A stretch of DNA of 64,000 nt from Amoebophrya sp. A120 (taxonomy: Eukaryota; Protista; Dinoflagellata), in assembly GCA_905178155.1 (NCBI GenBank), contig CAJINV010000002.1:7284743-7348742 (forward strand), given 5' to 3'. Each line of letters starts with the position of its first letter. Position 1 is the first letter of the stretch. Below are positions 1 through 11,875 of this stretch, piece after piece. The translations under genes and the position numbers were made by a program. Below the pieces are notes generated by a model, which worked only from the letters and a program-made list of their open reading frames with translations, was not told the origin of the DNA and searched no databases.

Positions 1-3000
1 TACGCTGAGCTGTGTTTCGATCATTAGTTCACATACGAGCGCGAGTTCGAGCCTCTACTTCTATGCCGCAGCGCTGCAAACAGGGGCTGAGGAGCACCAG
101 GGGGGCAGCTTTGTAGGCTACGGCCAGCTCGTCAATCATGTGATCAATAATTATCCTGGCGCGCTGAGCAAGGCCGAACCGCGCGCCGCGGGACCGGCGT
201 CCGGAATCGGCTCGATTCGCCCTCCCCCACCGACTCCGGCGGCTGGGCCGTTTCTTCTTACACACCCGCACGAACAGCCTCGCATTGCGCCGTTCCAGCT
301 CAATGCGGCATCGTCACTCGCTCGCACCTCCAGCAGCGGTGGAACTTATGTGACAACCGGGGGGACGACCACAACTACAACACGCACACCTACTCCTACA
401 CCCCGATTGATTCCCCCCCGCCGAAATAGCCTTGACACGACAAGAACACCTTTGGAGCAGGGTCGTGAAAGCTACCATGCGACGAGCAGTAGCCAACAGC
501 GTGAGGTGCTGGTCGACCACGACCAAGATGAGACCCACAGCAGCGCTGGCACCACTCCCGCGCAGCCGTTGAGGAGATTACCTCCATCTTCGGCATTGTC
601 ACCGACGCTACCACGCCCACCCGGGCCTGTTGTGCCTGTTTTTCCAACACCGGATCGCCACAATGTAGTTGTTACGGACGACGCATTATGGGCAGTGTTG
701 ACAGGCCCGATTTCACACCGGCCTGGTACGAGTGCACCGGCCGAAATGAACGCGCACCAACAGGGCCGCCACATGAGAAACAGCCCGTTTTTCAGCAACT
801 ACCCTTCCCACCCGGCCGGGGCGCAAGTGACGGACGACGAGGCTGGTACTGTTCTAGTTCTCGTGAGCATCGTGCTGAAGAGCAGACTGATTATCATGGT
901 CAAGTTCTTGCAGTACACAGAGATATAGTCATCATGTTGAAGGAAAGAGTCTAGCTTTAGAGGAGGCGAGATAAAACATGTTGCCAGCACATGCCAATGC
1001 CTCAGTACTTCATCCCTAGACCCGCCACGGCGTCGCTTTCTCGGATCTCGATCTTCTTTTTAGGGCCACGCCACTAGGCTGTCAGCCCGCTGCTTCTGGA
1101 CCAGGCCGCTCTTTGATATTTACTGTTCCTTGTTCCTGACCAGAGCACAGGAGCAGGTTGCTCCTCCTAATTCTCGGCAACAAGACTTATTATATCATAC
1201 AAGCGAAAGTAGGACCGTTTTTTTTTTTTTCAGGCTCCCGCTTTTCGGTCTCATTCCAGGTACGAACGATGCGGCGCTTTTCGGTCTTAACTCGTCGCAT
1301 GGGCGACAAAATGGCGACACACTTACGAGATTGCAGCGGATAACGGGCGACCTGATGCAGGGACGTCGCGGGCTCGGATCCTCGACCACTACGGACCATG
1401 ATTATAATGATGAAAACTCCACGACTTCTGTGGTGGAGAGTCCTCCAGCACTGTCACCAGCGAACGTGATTCCCAGTAGCAGCTCCAGCACTGTCGCCAG
1501 CACTCGCACTCCACAAGCACCAGCGGCACCACGCCACCGAGACCCACAGCAGCGAAGCCCGTCCAGCTTGATACTCGATACTGAGTTCGACCCCACGAGC
1601 TTTCGTGGGCAGCAGGACCGTCAACACAGAAGCGGCGCGGGCAGGAGAAGCCGGTGGAGCAGGCTGGCTTCGTCGACGAGAAGTAGGACCAATTACGTTT
1701 CTCCCTTTGAAATGTTTGAGGCACATCTTCAAGCGGACGAAAGCGATGAAGATCAGCACGATGAAGACATTGATATCCTGCTGGAGGGCGGCGATGATTA
1801 TGATGTAATTCTTGGCCCCCCCGCGCCGTTGGATGATATCCACGGAGATGAAGGAGCTCCATCGACCCCTCCGGGATCCGGAACATTCGCGCCCGTGACG
1901 CGGGGAGGTTGGATCAGTCCGCCTCGCGCAGAGACAAGAAGAGCTACTTCATCCTACGTCGAGCTGCACCAGCAGCAGCCACAGCGCGTTCTTGTAAGTC
2001 AACAGTTGTCGGATGCGATGCAATTTTTACCCGAGGTCGGAGCCAGCACGAGTGAACGCACGGCAGCGACCACTTCGCGAGACGCCGACATGAGCAGCTC
2101 TGCGGTCGGACATGATCAGCTTCGTGACCACCTGCTCAGCAGGCCGGGAAGTAGTAGCGACGCCGGCGCAAGAACTGCAACACATAGTACACAACTACAA
2201 CAGCTGGCTTCGGCGCCGCAAACACCGCCGCACCGAATCATCCGAGCAGGCGTCCTCGACTCGCCCCCTCCCGCACCGAAGCGACTACCACGCAGCTTGC
2301 GGCGTCAGCTCACACACACGGAAGACAGCCAAGAAGCCCGAAGCGTAAGAACTGGCGCTGCAGCAAGTACTCATGGTATGATCTTCGGTGTGGGTGATTC
2401 TCAGGCTGGTGGTGGAGTTGTAGTTGAAAATACAGTTACAACTTCTACAGGAAGAGCAGGACAACTACCTTCCCGTTCCCCCACAAACCTCACCACACCT
2501 AGTACTGGAAGTACCACAGCAGCGAGCCCGCCGCTGACTCCGATGCGTGACCAGGTTATCGAGCGCGGCTGGTGGGAGTGGGACGGGCTTCAGCGTGACC
2601 AGATTCAGAACCACCTCCCCCACAGCAGCACCAGTGAGGTTCATCGTTTTTACCCGAGGATGCTACAACCTACTCCCCGTGCTCCCCCACTGCCGCCGAG
2701 TGGTCTCCTGGCAGACTTCTTTGCGAACAACCCCTGGGACGCCGCGAATGTTGTTGCACCAGGAGCAGGAGCTACGGAAATCAGCAGGCGCCCCCCCTCG
2801 CTTAGCAGGGCTGCAGTGGCCCAAATAGTGTCCCAGATATACTCTCGAACCACGCCGGGCAACCGCGACTCGTCGGAAGAAACTGAAAGTATACAAGAGG
2901 AGACGCCACGCCCACCGATACCTAACCAGCAAACGGAAACGACGGGCGGGCGGGCGGTGTCTACCACCCATCTTCACAATGCTCCGCACCATGACAACAA

Positions 3001-6000
3001 CGCAGATCATTCGCGCGCGCCCGAGCGCGAGTTGCTCCGTCGGCAACCTTTGAAGTTTGAACAGTACTTAGCGACGGAATACGTCGGGCAGGAGGAATGG
3101 GACCTTCCGGTGGCGGTGCGGAACCTTGTGCTGCAGGCGGACGAGGATGCAGAAAAACAGTTCGAGGCGCTGCGCGGAAGTTTCTCTCGTCCGGAACAGA
3201 CTCCCGATGAAAAGACCGGCTCTACTGCCGTTGCGGTGCCCCCGAAGAGCTCCGGTGCCACTCTAACCTCTCGGCGAATGCTGCAAGACTTGCTGCAGGC
3301 TGTGGCAGACGCTTCGGGAAGGAAAAATCGGGCCCGGAGAATGATGACGAGGAGAAGTTTGCCTGCAGACGTTGCAGAGCAAGCTCCCTTGCGGCCTACT
3401 TTGAAAGTGACCTCAAATGCTGGCGCCGCAGAGGTGCATGACTCCAGCAGAACCACTAAGCGAAAACGGGAGGCCACAGACCAAGAAGCAGGTCGTGCTG
3501 ACGAGATGCAGCACGATGCTAAACGCTGTAACTATGGAGGAGGTGATGCTGACAATGGCAATGGGAAAGCTGAAATTACGGACCCCAGTGCCGGGATAAG
3601 AACCCGGTCTGCTTTCAAAGGCCGCCCTGCTCCACTTGCCAATAGTAGCATCGCTCTTGTCTCCTCCGACGAGAAAGGACTGCCCCAGGAGGAAATGAAA
3701 ACGAAATTTCCCATGGAGTCCTGCAATGTCTGCCTCGACGATATCGGGCGTTTCCGTTTCCGCGTGCTGCACGCGGCGGGTTTCGAAAATCCCGAGGCGA
3801 GCCACAATTTAAGTGAGTACTTCAAACGCAGTAAGACAAGGATGAAGTCGGGCAGTGTCCGTTGCGGAGGTTCCTTCTGCCCCTGCGTGCTCAAGTGGAT
3901 GGTCACTTCCTCGGAAAATTCAAAGTCGCCGACCTGCCCATGCTGCCGTCAGGAAGGGTGGACCATGCAGAGTGCAGCCAAAACGCCGACGGAGTACTTG
4001 CTGGAAGGACTATCTTCCTCGCAACCCACTTGGGAAAAAGGGGAAGACCACGCGGAAGACGAGGAGGCTTGGTTTTCTTGCGAGGAGCCTGAGGCTGAGG
4101 CTTGCCGGTACTGCTCGAGAGGCAGTTCTGCTCGAGAGAGGCTTGCCGGTACTGCTTCGGGAGCAAATCACTCCTCTGGGAACTACGAGCTCCAATCGGC
4201 GTCGTCTTCTGGCACTGCAGTCCGTTTCGATGGTATGATGAACTCTAGCAGCGCTGTAGCATTGTCAAGTGCACCTACTTCCTCAGCTTCCTCCGGAGCA
4301 AGAAGTTATGCGCATGAGCCTGCTCAGCCGATCGCCGCCCCGTCCGCGAGGTCTCTTACCTTCGCGGAGCCAGTAGCGCGAGTGAGCAGAACGGTGGGGA
4401 CGCAGACACCACCCGCGGTGGCGGCAGCAGCAGCGGCTTCGGCGCCACCGCGCAGAGGCATTTTGAGGCGAAACACAGACACAGGCCGTGACCACCCGGA
4501 GCTGGGCGGGGCGGCAGCAGGCGTAGTAACGAGCAATCAAAGAGAGAATGAGCGAGGACATCACACCAGTAGAGCTCCTACTCCGACGCGGTCATCACGC
4601 GATCGGAGTAGAAGCAACCCGCGTCGCGGAGGTAGAAGCGCGTTGAGCCGCACAAGCAGCACGCACATAGACGACCTATCTAGACGAGAATATGATCCTC
4701 GGGGTGAATACAGCCACACAAGTCTCATGGAGGAAGCTAATGCGCCGGGCCGTGACGATGTTGTTGACCGAAATCAAGGCCGTTTTTCGACAACGACGCG
4801 TGATATGGCTGATGCCGCACCGATCGCTTCTACTGACTTGCAGTTGCATCCTGTCCAAGTCCAACCGGTGCGCCGTACGAGGAGCGGTATACCGATAGGA
4901 GTTGCAAGAGAGGCAAAAACTTCCGGCCGCAAGGAGATGGAGCAGCACGCGCGAGGCGCTAAGAGGTCGGCGAGCGGCACGAAACACGGTGGTAAGGTTT
5001 GTAGACGCGGACCGGTCTACGATCCGGAGACAAAAACGCTGACACTTCCGCTTCTCCGGAACAAGAAGCAGATGCTCGCACACTGGAAGGTTCTGTGGGC
5101 GACGAGGGGAAAGGAGATGGCGCAGGCTGTGATGGCGGGGAGGAACAAAAGGCAGAAAAGGTCGGGTGGTGCTTTCGTCGCGCCGGGGCCCCCGAGCACG
5201 TCGACGTCCATGCAGCAGCATTCCATCGGTAGGGACAGCGAGCACCATCGTCAAGAACAAGATCATCATCGGCGTCAGGACCAGGAGGTGGTCTTCGACA
5301 GAACTTTTCCACACATCGAAGAACTTTTCCACACATCGACGTCGCACCAGCAGATCTACGCACCACGAAGTGGAGTACAAATTGTACCGTCGTCGACAGA
5401 TTCCGCACCGATGCTGCAGCGACTAAGCGAGTTAGAAGTGCAAGAAGTGGCCGAGATGAACAATGCGCGAGGAGGTCGTGGCCCGCCGACGCAGCGGTCT
5501 CTTTCGAGATTGCAGCAGCTAACACGCACAGCGGCGGACGTTGATCGCGAACTCGTATTGTGGGAAGATGAAGTTGTGGCAACGGAGCAGCCTGGTCGTG
5601 GAGGCATCGTCCAGGAGCAAAGTAGTTTTTACGGAACTCCACCCTCTAGCTCCTCTTCGTCCTCCTCCTCGTCGGGATCGATCACAAACTTCTCAGACAG
5701 TACTAGACGCAGCTATCCAGCAGCAGCGACGTCGTCCTTTTCCGCTATCACTGGGGGACCAGGAGTAGAAGATACTACTACGCAAGGTCTCCTGGCGCCG
5801 GAAAGTATTAGTGTTGGACCGCCTAGTACACGACCGCCGCAAGAGCGACCCGCTCACGATCAACGAGATCTCCAGCACGCCCAGAGCCAACAACAGCAAC
5901 TGCAACACCTTCGGCAGCAGCAGCAACGACTCCGGCAGCAGCACCCACAACAACAGCAGCAAGGCCACGCGCAGCTGCGGCAAGTGCCGAGCCCCGAAGC

Positions 6001-7552
6001 GATTCGCGCAAAGGAGCAGAAGAAAAAAGACGACGGTTTGCTCGAATTGCTGTTCCAAGACGAGGGCTTTTTCGAATATGTGCTGTCAACAGCCGAGGAG
6101 GAGAATTTCATCGAGTACCGGCGTTTTGACCTCGTGGGCTGGGACCTGATTGTGGAGATCGAGGATCTGGCGACCAAGCAGGTCAAGTGGGTAAGTCTGA
6201 AGGAACTCCTGGTCGCGATCTCTCACGTCGAGGAAAAGTTTATCAGCCAACTGTTGTTGGGATTTGGAACTGACTGCGATGGCGGCCGCTCCTACGGCGG
6301 CTATCCCCCGGAAAGCAATTCTGTGTACGACCAGATCTACTACGGGCTGCACGACGAGGATTTGACTGAGCCTGAAATTTCTCCTTTTCCTGACCCCATG
6401 GCGGCGGCAGAGCGACACGAAATTTTTATCTCTTCGACTGATGCGAAGAAAGAACAAGTGCAGAGTCTTAAAAAAGATGTCGCCCTTCAGAACGGTGGTC
6501 CTGCTCTTGAAGGCAGGAAACATCAAGCCGAAGTAGAGGAGGACGTCACACGAGCGGCTTCTGCGATGTCGGAAGAAGTAGATGAGTCGCCGTTTACTCT
6601 TCACAGCTTGAAAATGCAGAAGAACCTACAGCTTTACGAGTTGCAGAAACGGAAAGACAAGATGCAAGTGCTGAAGTACATGGTGCTGATGGGCGGGAAG
6701 GAAAAATTAGAATTCGTGCTAGAGAAAGTGTTCCACGACCAAAATTTTGGCCAGGAAATTGGAGTTGAAGAGGAGAAAACGGAAGAGACCATCGCGGAGG
6801 CGAATTATACATTGCAAAAATTATGTCTGGGTCTGGAAGGATGCAACTTGTAATGCTATTTTTGGATTCTAAAAAAATCTGTGTTGCGTGACAGGCAATT
6901 GGAGTCCAGTTTTTGCCACATGGAGAGGGCATTTCTCATGCAGGATATGGATATGCATTACGAAGCACTCAGAATATCTGTGATGCTAGGGCATACATCA
7001 CAGACGTCATGGGTCATGTCAGGCGTGCATGACAAATCTTCCAATTTTCCAGACCCAGACATTTTTGCATTTGATACGAATGGTGTCCAGGCGAAACGGG
7101 ACAAAATCGAGTCCTGGCACGTGTACGATAAAGAAGGAAAAATCGCAAAACGGATCATAGCTACACTTTCGGAACTGCCGAATAGAGTTCTTGAGGCGGA
7201 GCAAGACCAACGGATGAATAATTATTACAGTCGTGGTGGGGCCTACTACTCTGGTGCTCGGGCTCGCAACGCTAGAGCAGGTGGGCCTCCTGGCAGAGCA
7301 AGACGAGAAAGATCCGGGGCCTTTGATACCACAGCAGCCTCGGCATCATCTTCGGGTGCGGCGTCCAGTACAAGTCCAAACAGCGCCGCGAACCCTCGTA
7401 TCAACCCCGTCGGGACGTCGTCGGGAAGCACAAGTTTAGTACATTCTTCGTCTGGAAGTGGAAGATTGGAAGCACAACTGCGACAGGAGCGGTACGCCCT
7501 TAGTCGGGAAGCAGAACGGCGGCTGGCGCGCTCTCTGCGTGACGTTGACTGA
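1..7552 (+). CDS. Large low-complexity protein with RING-type zinc finger (5' partial; exons <2-845, ~1260-6805, 7082-7552)
   Basis: Frame is open from the window start. A phase-1 GT-AG intron 846-1259 joins it to the 1130..6853 ORF (acceptor choice uncertain). RING-like pattern CNVCLDD...CGGSFCPCVLKW...PTCPCCR. Removing element 6806-7076 plus one CGAAT joins ...EAN|GVQAKRDK in frame to the stop at 7552. Confidence 0.7.
6806..7076. mobile_element. TIR introner-like element, family A (271 bp, TSD CGAAT)
   Basis: TATACATTGCAAAAATTATGTCTGGGTCTGGAA...TTCCAGACCCAGACATTTTTGCATTTGATA; CGAAT at 6801-6805 and 7077-7081. Confidence 0.93.
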
Positions 7553-9010
7553 GGATGTGTTATCAGACTCTGACCCGCGGTATGGAGGTTGAGGTCGACA
7601 CCGAAATAGCTGCAGTGGAAAAACTCTACGAACTTTCATTATCTTCTGCAGGAGGTGCTTCTGATTGAGATAGTCCGGAAGTGAGGCTCGGGGAATTGTC
7701 TGAGATATATGTAGCTTGGGATGTACTTTTTTTCTGTGCATGTAGTTGCGAGTGCAACGGGAAAAATTTTACGGCAAGAGAAGCCCAACAGAAATACAAA
7801 TAGTGAAGGTCCATCTCTACTGCATCTGGAATTTTCGTGATTTGTTGTTTTTCTTCCCGCTCAGTAACCGCATAGCGTCCCTTTTAGGAGGATCGTAATC
7901 CTTACGGCCTTGCATGTGGATACTGAAATTCTGCATGTTGAGGAACAATGCGGCAATGACCTTTGTCAAAACTCTCGAAACTACAAATGTCATTTATAGT
8001 AGTCTGCCGCGACATCAAATATCTATGCCAGTGCTTTTTTCGCATGCTCTGAATTGGCAATATATAATCGAACTACTCTGATAATTTTCGCTTTCGACAA
8101 ACAATACAACGCGCACTGGTTCTTTCATGTGCGTCCTCAAAAAGATAAAGATGCCTTTCACGAAATAAAACATCACGTTTACAGTTACACACGTCTTTCA
8201 GAAAACTGACTTAAGATAGGCCTGATTTTGATGCACAAAAATTGACGACATTTTGAAGAAATATAAAATCGCATGAGTAAGTGCATTTTCCTGTAGAATA
8301 AAGAGAAAACGAAAAAGACGCAGAACGAAAGTAAGAGATTAGTAAGATCCGCTTGACTTTGCCGTGCCTGACCTCTAATTTTCACATCGAGAATAAAGAT
8401 GAATGTACACTGCAATAAGTGGTTGACGTATAACTTTTTTGGCTTTGAGAAGAATGTAAAGGGCCCCGGAGAAGATGAAGAAAGTCGATTCGACAATAAA
8501 ACTTCGGAAGAAATGATCGAGGTTGGATTCACACAGGAGCTCACTGCTTTTATTTGATCAGAACACGTAGATTGACCGACCTTCTTGGAAAAGAAGACAA
8601 ATGCTCTGCTCGTTGAGGAACTCATGGGCTCTAACCGTGGTCTCACGCTACTCTAGTGTTAGTGCGCGTGTGTAAAAATCTTTAGCACACAACACAAAAA
8701 TTGTGCAGTTTTCTTTGTGATGGTGAAGATGCATCATTAGTGAGCAGTTAGATTTCGTCAGGACGCGCCAGAGGATATAACCTAAGCTCCTTAACTCGAA
8801 TTCACAATTTGAATTTGAATTTGAAAGTGTTGTTTGGTACAGGAGTGAGGCTGAGGCAGGCACTCCCACCACCAGTCGCCCGAGTTCATCCAGTGTCGGC
8901 CTCGGCACGAGGGAGCATTTTGAGTCATAAGCGCACCTCTTCATTGCTAGATCTTCTGAAGTTAAGTACAAAGTAGAAAACCAAAACGTCGCCAGCACCA
9001 GAAACAATAA

Positions 9011-10990
9011 ATGCTCTTTTACGAAGTAGGCGTAGTAGAGGACTTCACTGTCGCTCACCCTGCTGCTCTCAAGAATCGCAATGACGTAGAAACGGGCCGC
9101 GAGGAAGGCACCATCGCAACGTATGCAGTGACAGCTCCTGCCGCGACTGAACGTCAACCCACCGGACGTGCAAGCGGAGTAAGATCTTGGATAGATTTTA
9201 CATCAGGAAGTAGATCCGCGGCAGGACGACCACTGGGCGCATCAGGTTCTTTACCATTGGCTGAGCAGCTGGGCGCTCATCCCGTGCCGGAGTATAAGAA
9301 AAAAATTTGCAAGCACTTTGCGAAGGCCGGGTTTTGCCGGTATGAGGAAGCATGCAAGTTTTTGCATGTTTTTCCCAAGAGCGAGACCGGTGCAGACTGC
9401 GAGTCTGGCGTCAAGAAAACAGGAGGCACAGACAATGATGATCCACCTACTCTCGAAAGGACGATCGAAGCGGAACAAGCACAGCCACAGGCGACTGGCG
9501 CGGAAGAGCCTCAACAACGCAGGCGCCGCCCCTGTGGGCGATTGGTGACGAGAAACGCGGGCAAGCATTTTTTACTGCGTCAGTTCATACACGAGAAGTT
9601 GCTGGCATCTAGGTTGCCTAACGGAGTGGATGACCTTGACAACCAAGAAAAAAGCACAAATACCCCAAAGAATCCGCAAGAGCCCGAGGACGCCCACGGC
9701 ACATCAACACGACGAAGCGCTAGCTCAGGTCTTCAAGTTCTCGACGTCGCTGGCGGCAAGGGGGAGCTCGCGTTTGAGCTTTTGTTGTGCAGTAAAAACG
9801 TGGAAAAAGTCTGCATCGTCGACCCACGGCCGCTGGATCTGAGAAAGTGCGAGCGAAGGTTTGCGCTCGATTTCTATTCGCGATCGGCCAGAGTTTGGGA
9901 TCATGTCGATGAGACGAAGGTAGGGATGTACTTTGCATTAGAACAAGACCACGCCGAGTCATCATCTGGATCTGCACTAAACAAGAGGACTGTCACGACA
10001 TCACAGACTGCAACTAAATACGAAGAAGCTCATGAGAGAACGCCAGGAGCCGTGCGGCAGGAAAGAAACGCGCTCGTTTTCAAGCAATTGCAAGGTCGTT
10101 TGGAGCAAAGCCGGGTGCCTCTGCTCTTGCGAAAGGAGCTTTTTCCACCTGGGCATAGAACAACTGGCACATCAGCGACCGGAGATCATTCTCGCCATCA
10201 AACAGGTTGTGAGCTACAGCCTCGGGACTTGCAGGCTTTCGAGGAGAATTTGAGGCTTTCTGTCGCATGGGATTGGAAGCGGCACGATCGAGAGCACGAG
10301 GCTAGCGAGAAAGAATCAGCAGGACACAAACCGCCGGAAGCTATTGTTGAGAACGAAACAAAAAACGACAGGCACGGTGTACTGGTATTGCAGCACGGCG
10401 GCCCCCGTACAAAACCCGGCTTTTCGCTGCAGCCATACTGTATCCCAGTCAGTGAGGTCGAGGTTGACGGTGACGACGCTCAGTTTTACTTCCCTACAAG
10501 AACCACGACCGCAACTGTTGCTAGAACAGCTGCCGAGGAGCATCAACCTCGGGAGGCAACGGTACTAGGCTCGTCAGTACTATCCGAAGCGCTCGACCAC
10601 TATCAAGAAATCATAGCCAAAACGGATTTCATTGTCGCCATGCATCCGGACCAGGCGGCCGAGGCGGTGGTCGATTTAGCGTTGCATTTAGACGTGCCTT
10701 TCTTTCTAGTACCGTGCTGTGTGTACGCAAAAGAATTCCCGAAGAGGCACATTCGAGTACCGCGGCGTCGACCAGATACCATAAGGTCAGGCTCAGATAA
10801 AGCAGCCTCGGCGGGCGCTGAGCCAGTGCCCTCGACGTCCAGTGTAGAGGGTGACAAAGAGAAACATGTTTTGAAGCAAGTGAAGTCCTATGAGGATCTT
10901 TTGCAATATTTGCAAAACAAGGACCCGGGGATACAGCGAAGCGAATTGATTGGGATAGAAGGCAAAAACGTAGTGCTGTGGAAGGTGTAG
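9011..10990 (+). CDS. CCCH zinc-finger plus SAM-dependent methyltransferase-like protein (659 aa)
   Basis: YKKKICKHFAKAGFCRYEEACKFLH (C-x8-C-x5-C-x3-H). Methyltransferase-like motifs VLDVAGGKGELAFEL, IVDPR and VAMHPDQAAEAVVDLA...VPCCVY. Confidence 0.8.
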   Translation: MLFYEVGVVEDFTVAHPAALKNRNDVETGREEGTIATYAVTAPAATERQPTGRASGVRSWIDFTSGSRSAAGRPLGASGSLPLAEQLGAHPVPEYKKKICKHFAKAGFCRYEEACKFLHVFPKSETGADCESGVKKTGGTDNDDPPTLERTIEAEQAQPQATGAEEPQQRRRRPCGRLVTRNAGKHFLLRQFIHEKLLASRLPNGVDDLDNQEKSTNTPKNPQEPEDAHGTSTRRSASSGLQVLDVAGGKGELAFELLLCSKNVEKVCIVDPRPLDLRKCERRFALDFYSRSARVWDHVDETKVGMYFALEQDHAESSSGSALNKRTVTTSQTATKYEEAHERTPGAVRQERNALVFKQLQGRLEQSRVPLLLRKELFPPGHRTTGTSATGDHSRHQTGCELQPRDLQAFEENLRLSVAWDWKRHDREHEASEKESAGHKPPEAIVENETKNDRHGVLVLQHGGPRTKPGFSLQPYCIPVSEVEVDGDDAQFYFPTRTTTATVARTAAEEHQPREATVLGSSVLSEALDHYQEIIAKTDFIVAMHPDQAAEAVVDLALHLDVPFFLVPCCVYAKEFPKRHIRVPRRRPDTIRSGSDKAASAGAEPVPSTSSVEGDKEKHVLKQVKSYEDLLQYLQNKDPGIQRSELIGIEGKNVVLWKV

Positions 10991-11875
10991 GCTGTTCATA
11001 TTTCACCTGATGATAAGTGCTTGTTGGCGGAGTGTCGCCAGCGCCACGACCTCGACATCAACCAGCAAGAACAATTATTCCTTAAAGATATCAAGCGACT
11101 ACGACACGATCACGATGACGTCTCGAAAAAAAAATAGCAACATCCTAGAGCAGCAGCTGTTGCTGTGCCATGTACCAGCTTCAAGCTGGTGCAGCGCCGC
11201 GCCGGCCTGCGTCTTCTGACAGCCGCAATACGCTGGTGTCCACGAGGTTTTCATCTACTGACTCCGGTAGTTTTCTCGTATTACATTGTACATGAGAGGC
11301 CATCTTCAGAGAAGATCCTCACTTCAAGGCGGAGGTTCTTGGCCAGAGCGACCATTCATGAGAGATGTACCAGTATCTTCGGCCTACAACTATCAGAATG
11401 CGGCCAAGCACGCTCAGATGTCGTCATCTACTGGAAGATCAAAATCGCACACTTACGCTTCGAAGTTTCCAAATCATAATATCAAAGAAGAATGTTGATC
11501 CAATAAGCCCGGTCGTGTCCAGAAAAACAAATGATCACGCACGAGTGGAAGAAATCAATGCAGGATCTGAAGAGCCTAACTGTAGCAGATTCCATTTCCT
11601 TCTAACTCAAATTTGTCAACATTGTCTCATGTTGTGCGACAATTACCTTCACCAAACGAAAACGAAATTGAAATTTTTCAGACCCCGCTGGCTTTGTAAG
11701 AAGACCGTGTAAGTATTGAAACTGTTGTTTTACTATTTTTCAGACGACACCCTCCTGACATCCACTTCCACGTGTAATTAATTTGCCACCTCCACCTAAC
11801 TCTACCTCCTGTGACACCTCCAGTATTTTCAAGAAACCGAACAACTCCAATTTCCTCGCGCAAAGCCAAAGAACT

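Noticed and set aside
6806-7076. Tc1/mariner-type TA target duplication for the TIR elements
   Set aside because: Treating TA as the TSD gives frameshifts. A 5-bp duplication lies outside TAT...ATA in all 14 cases and restores the frame.
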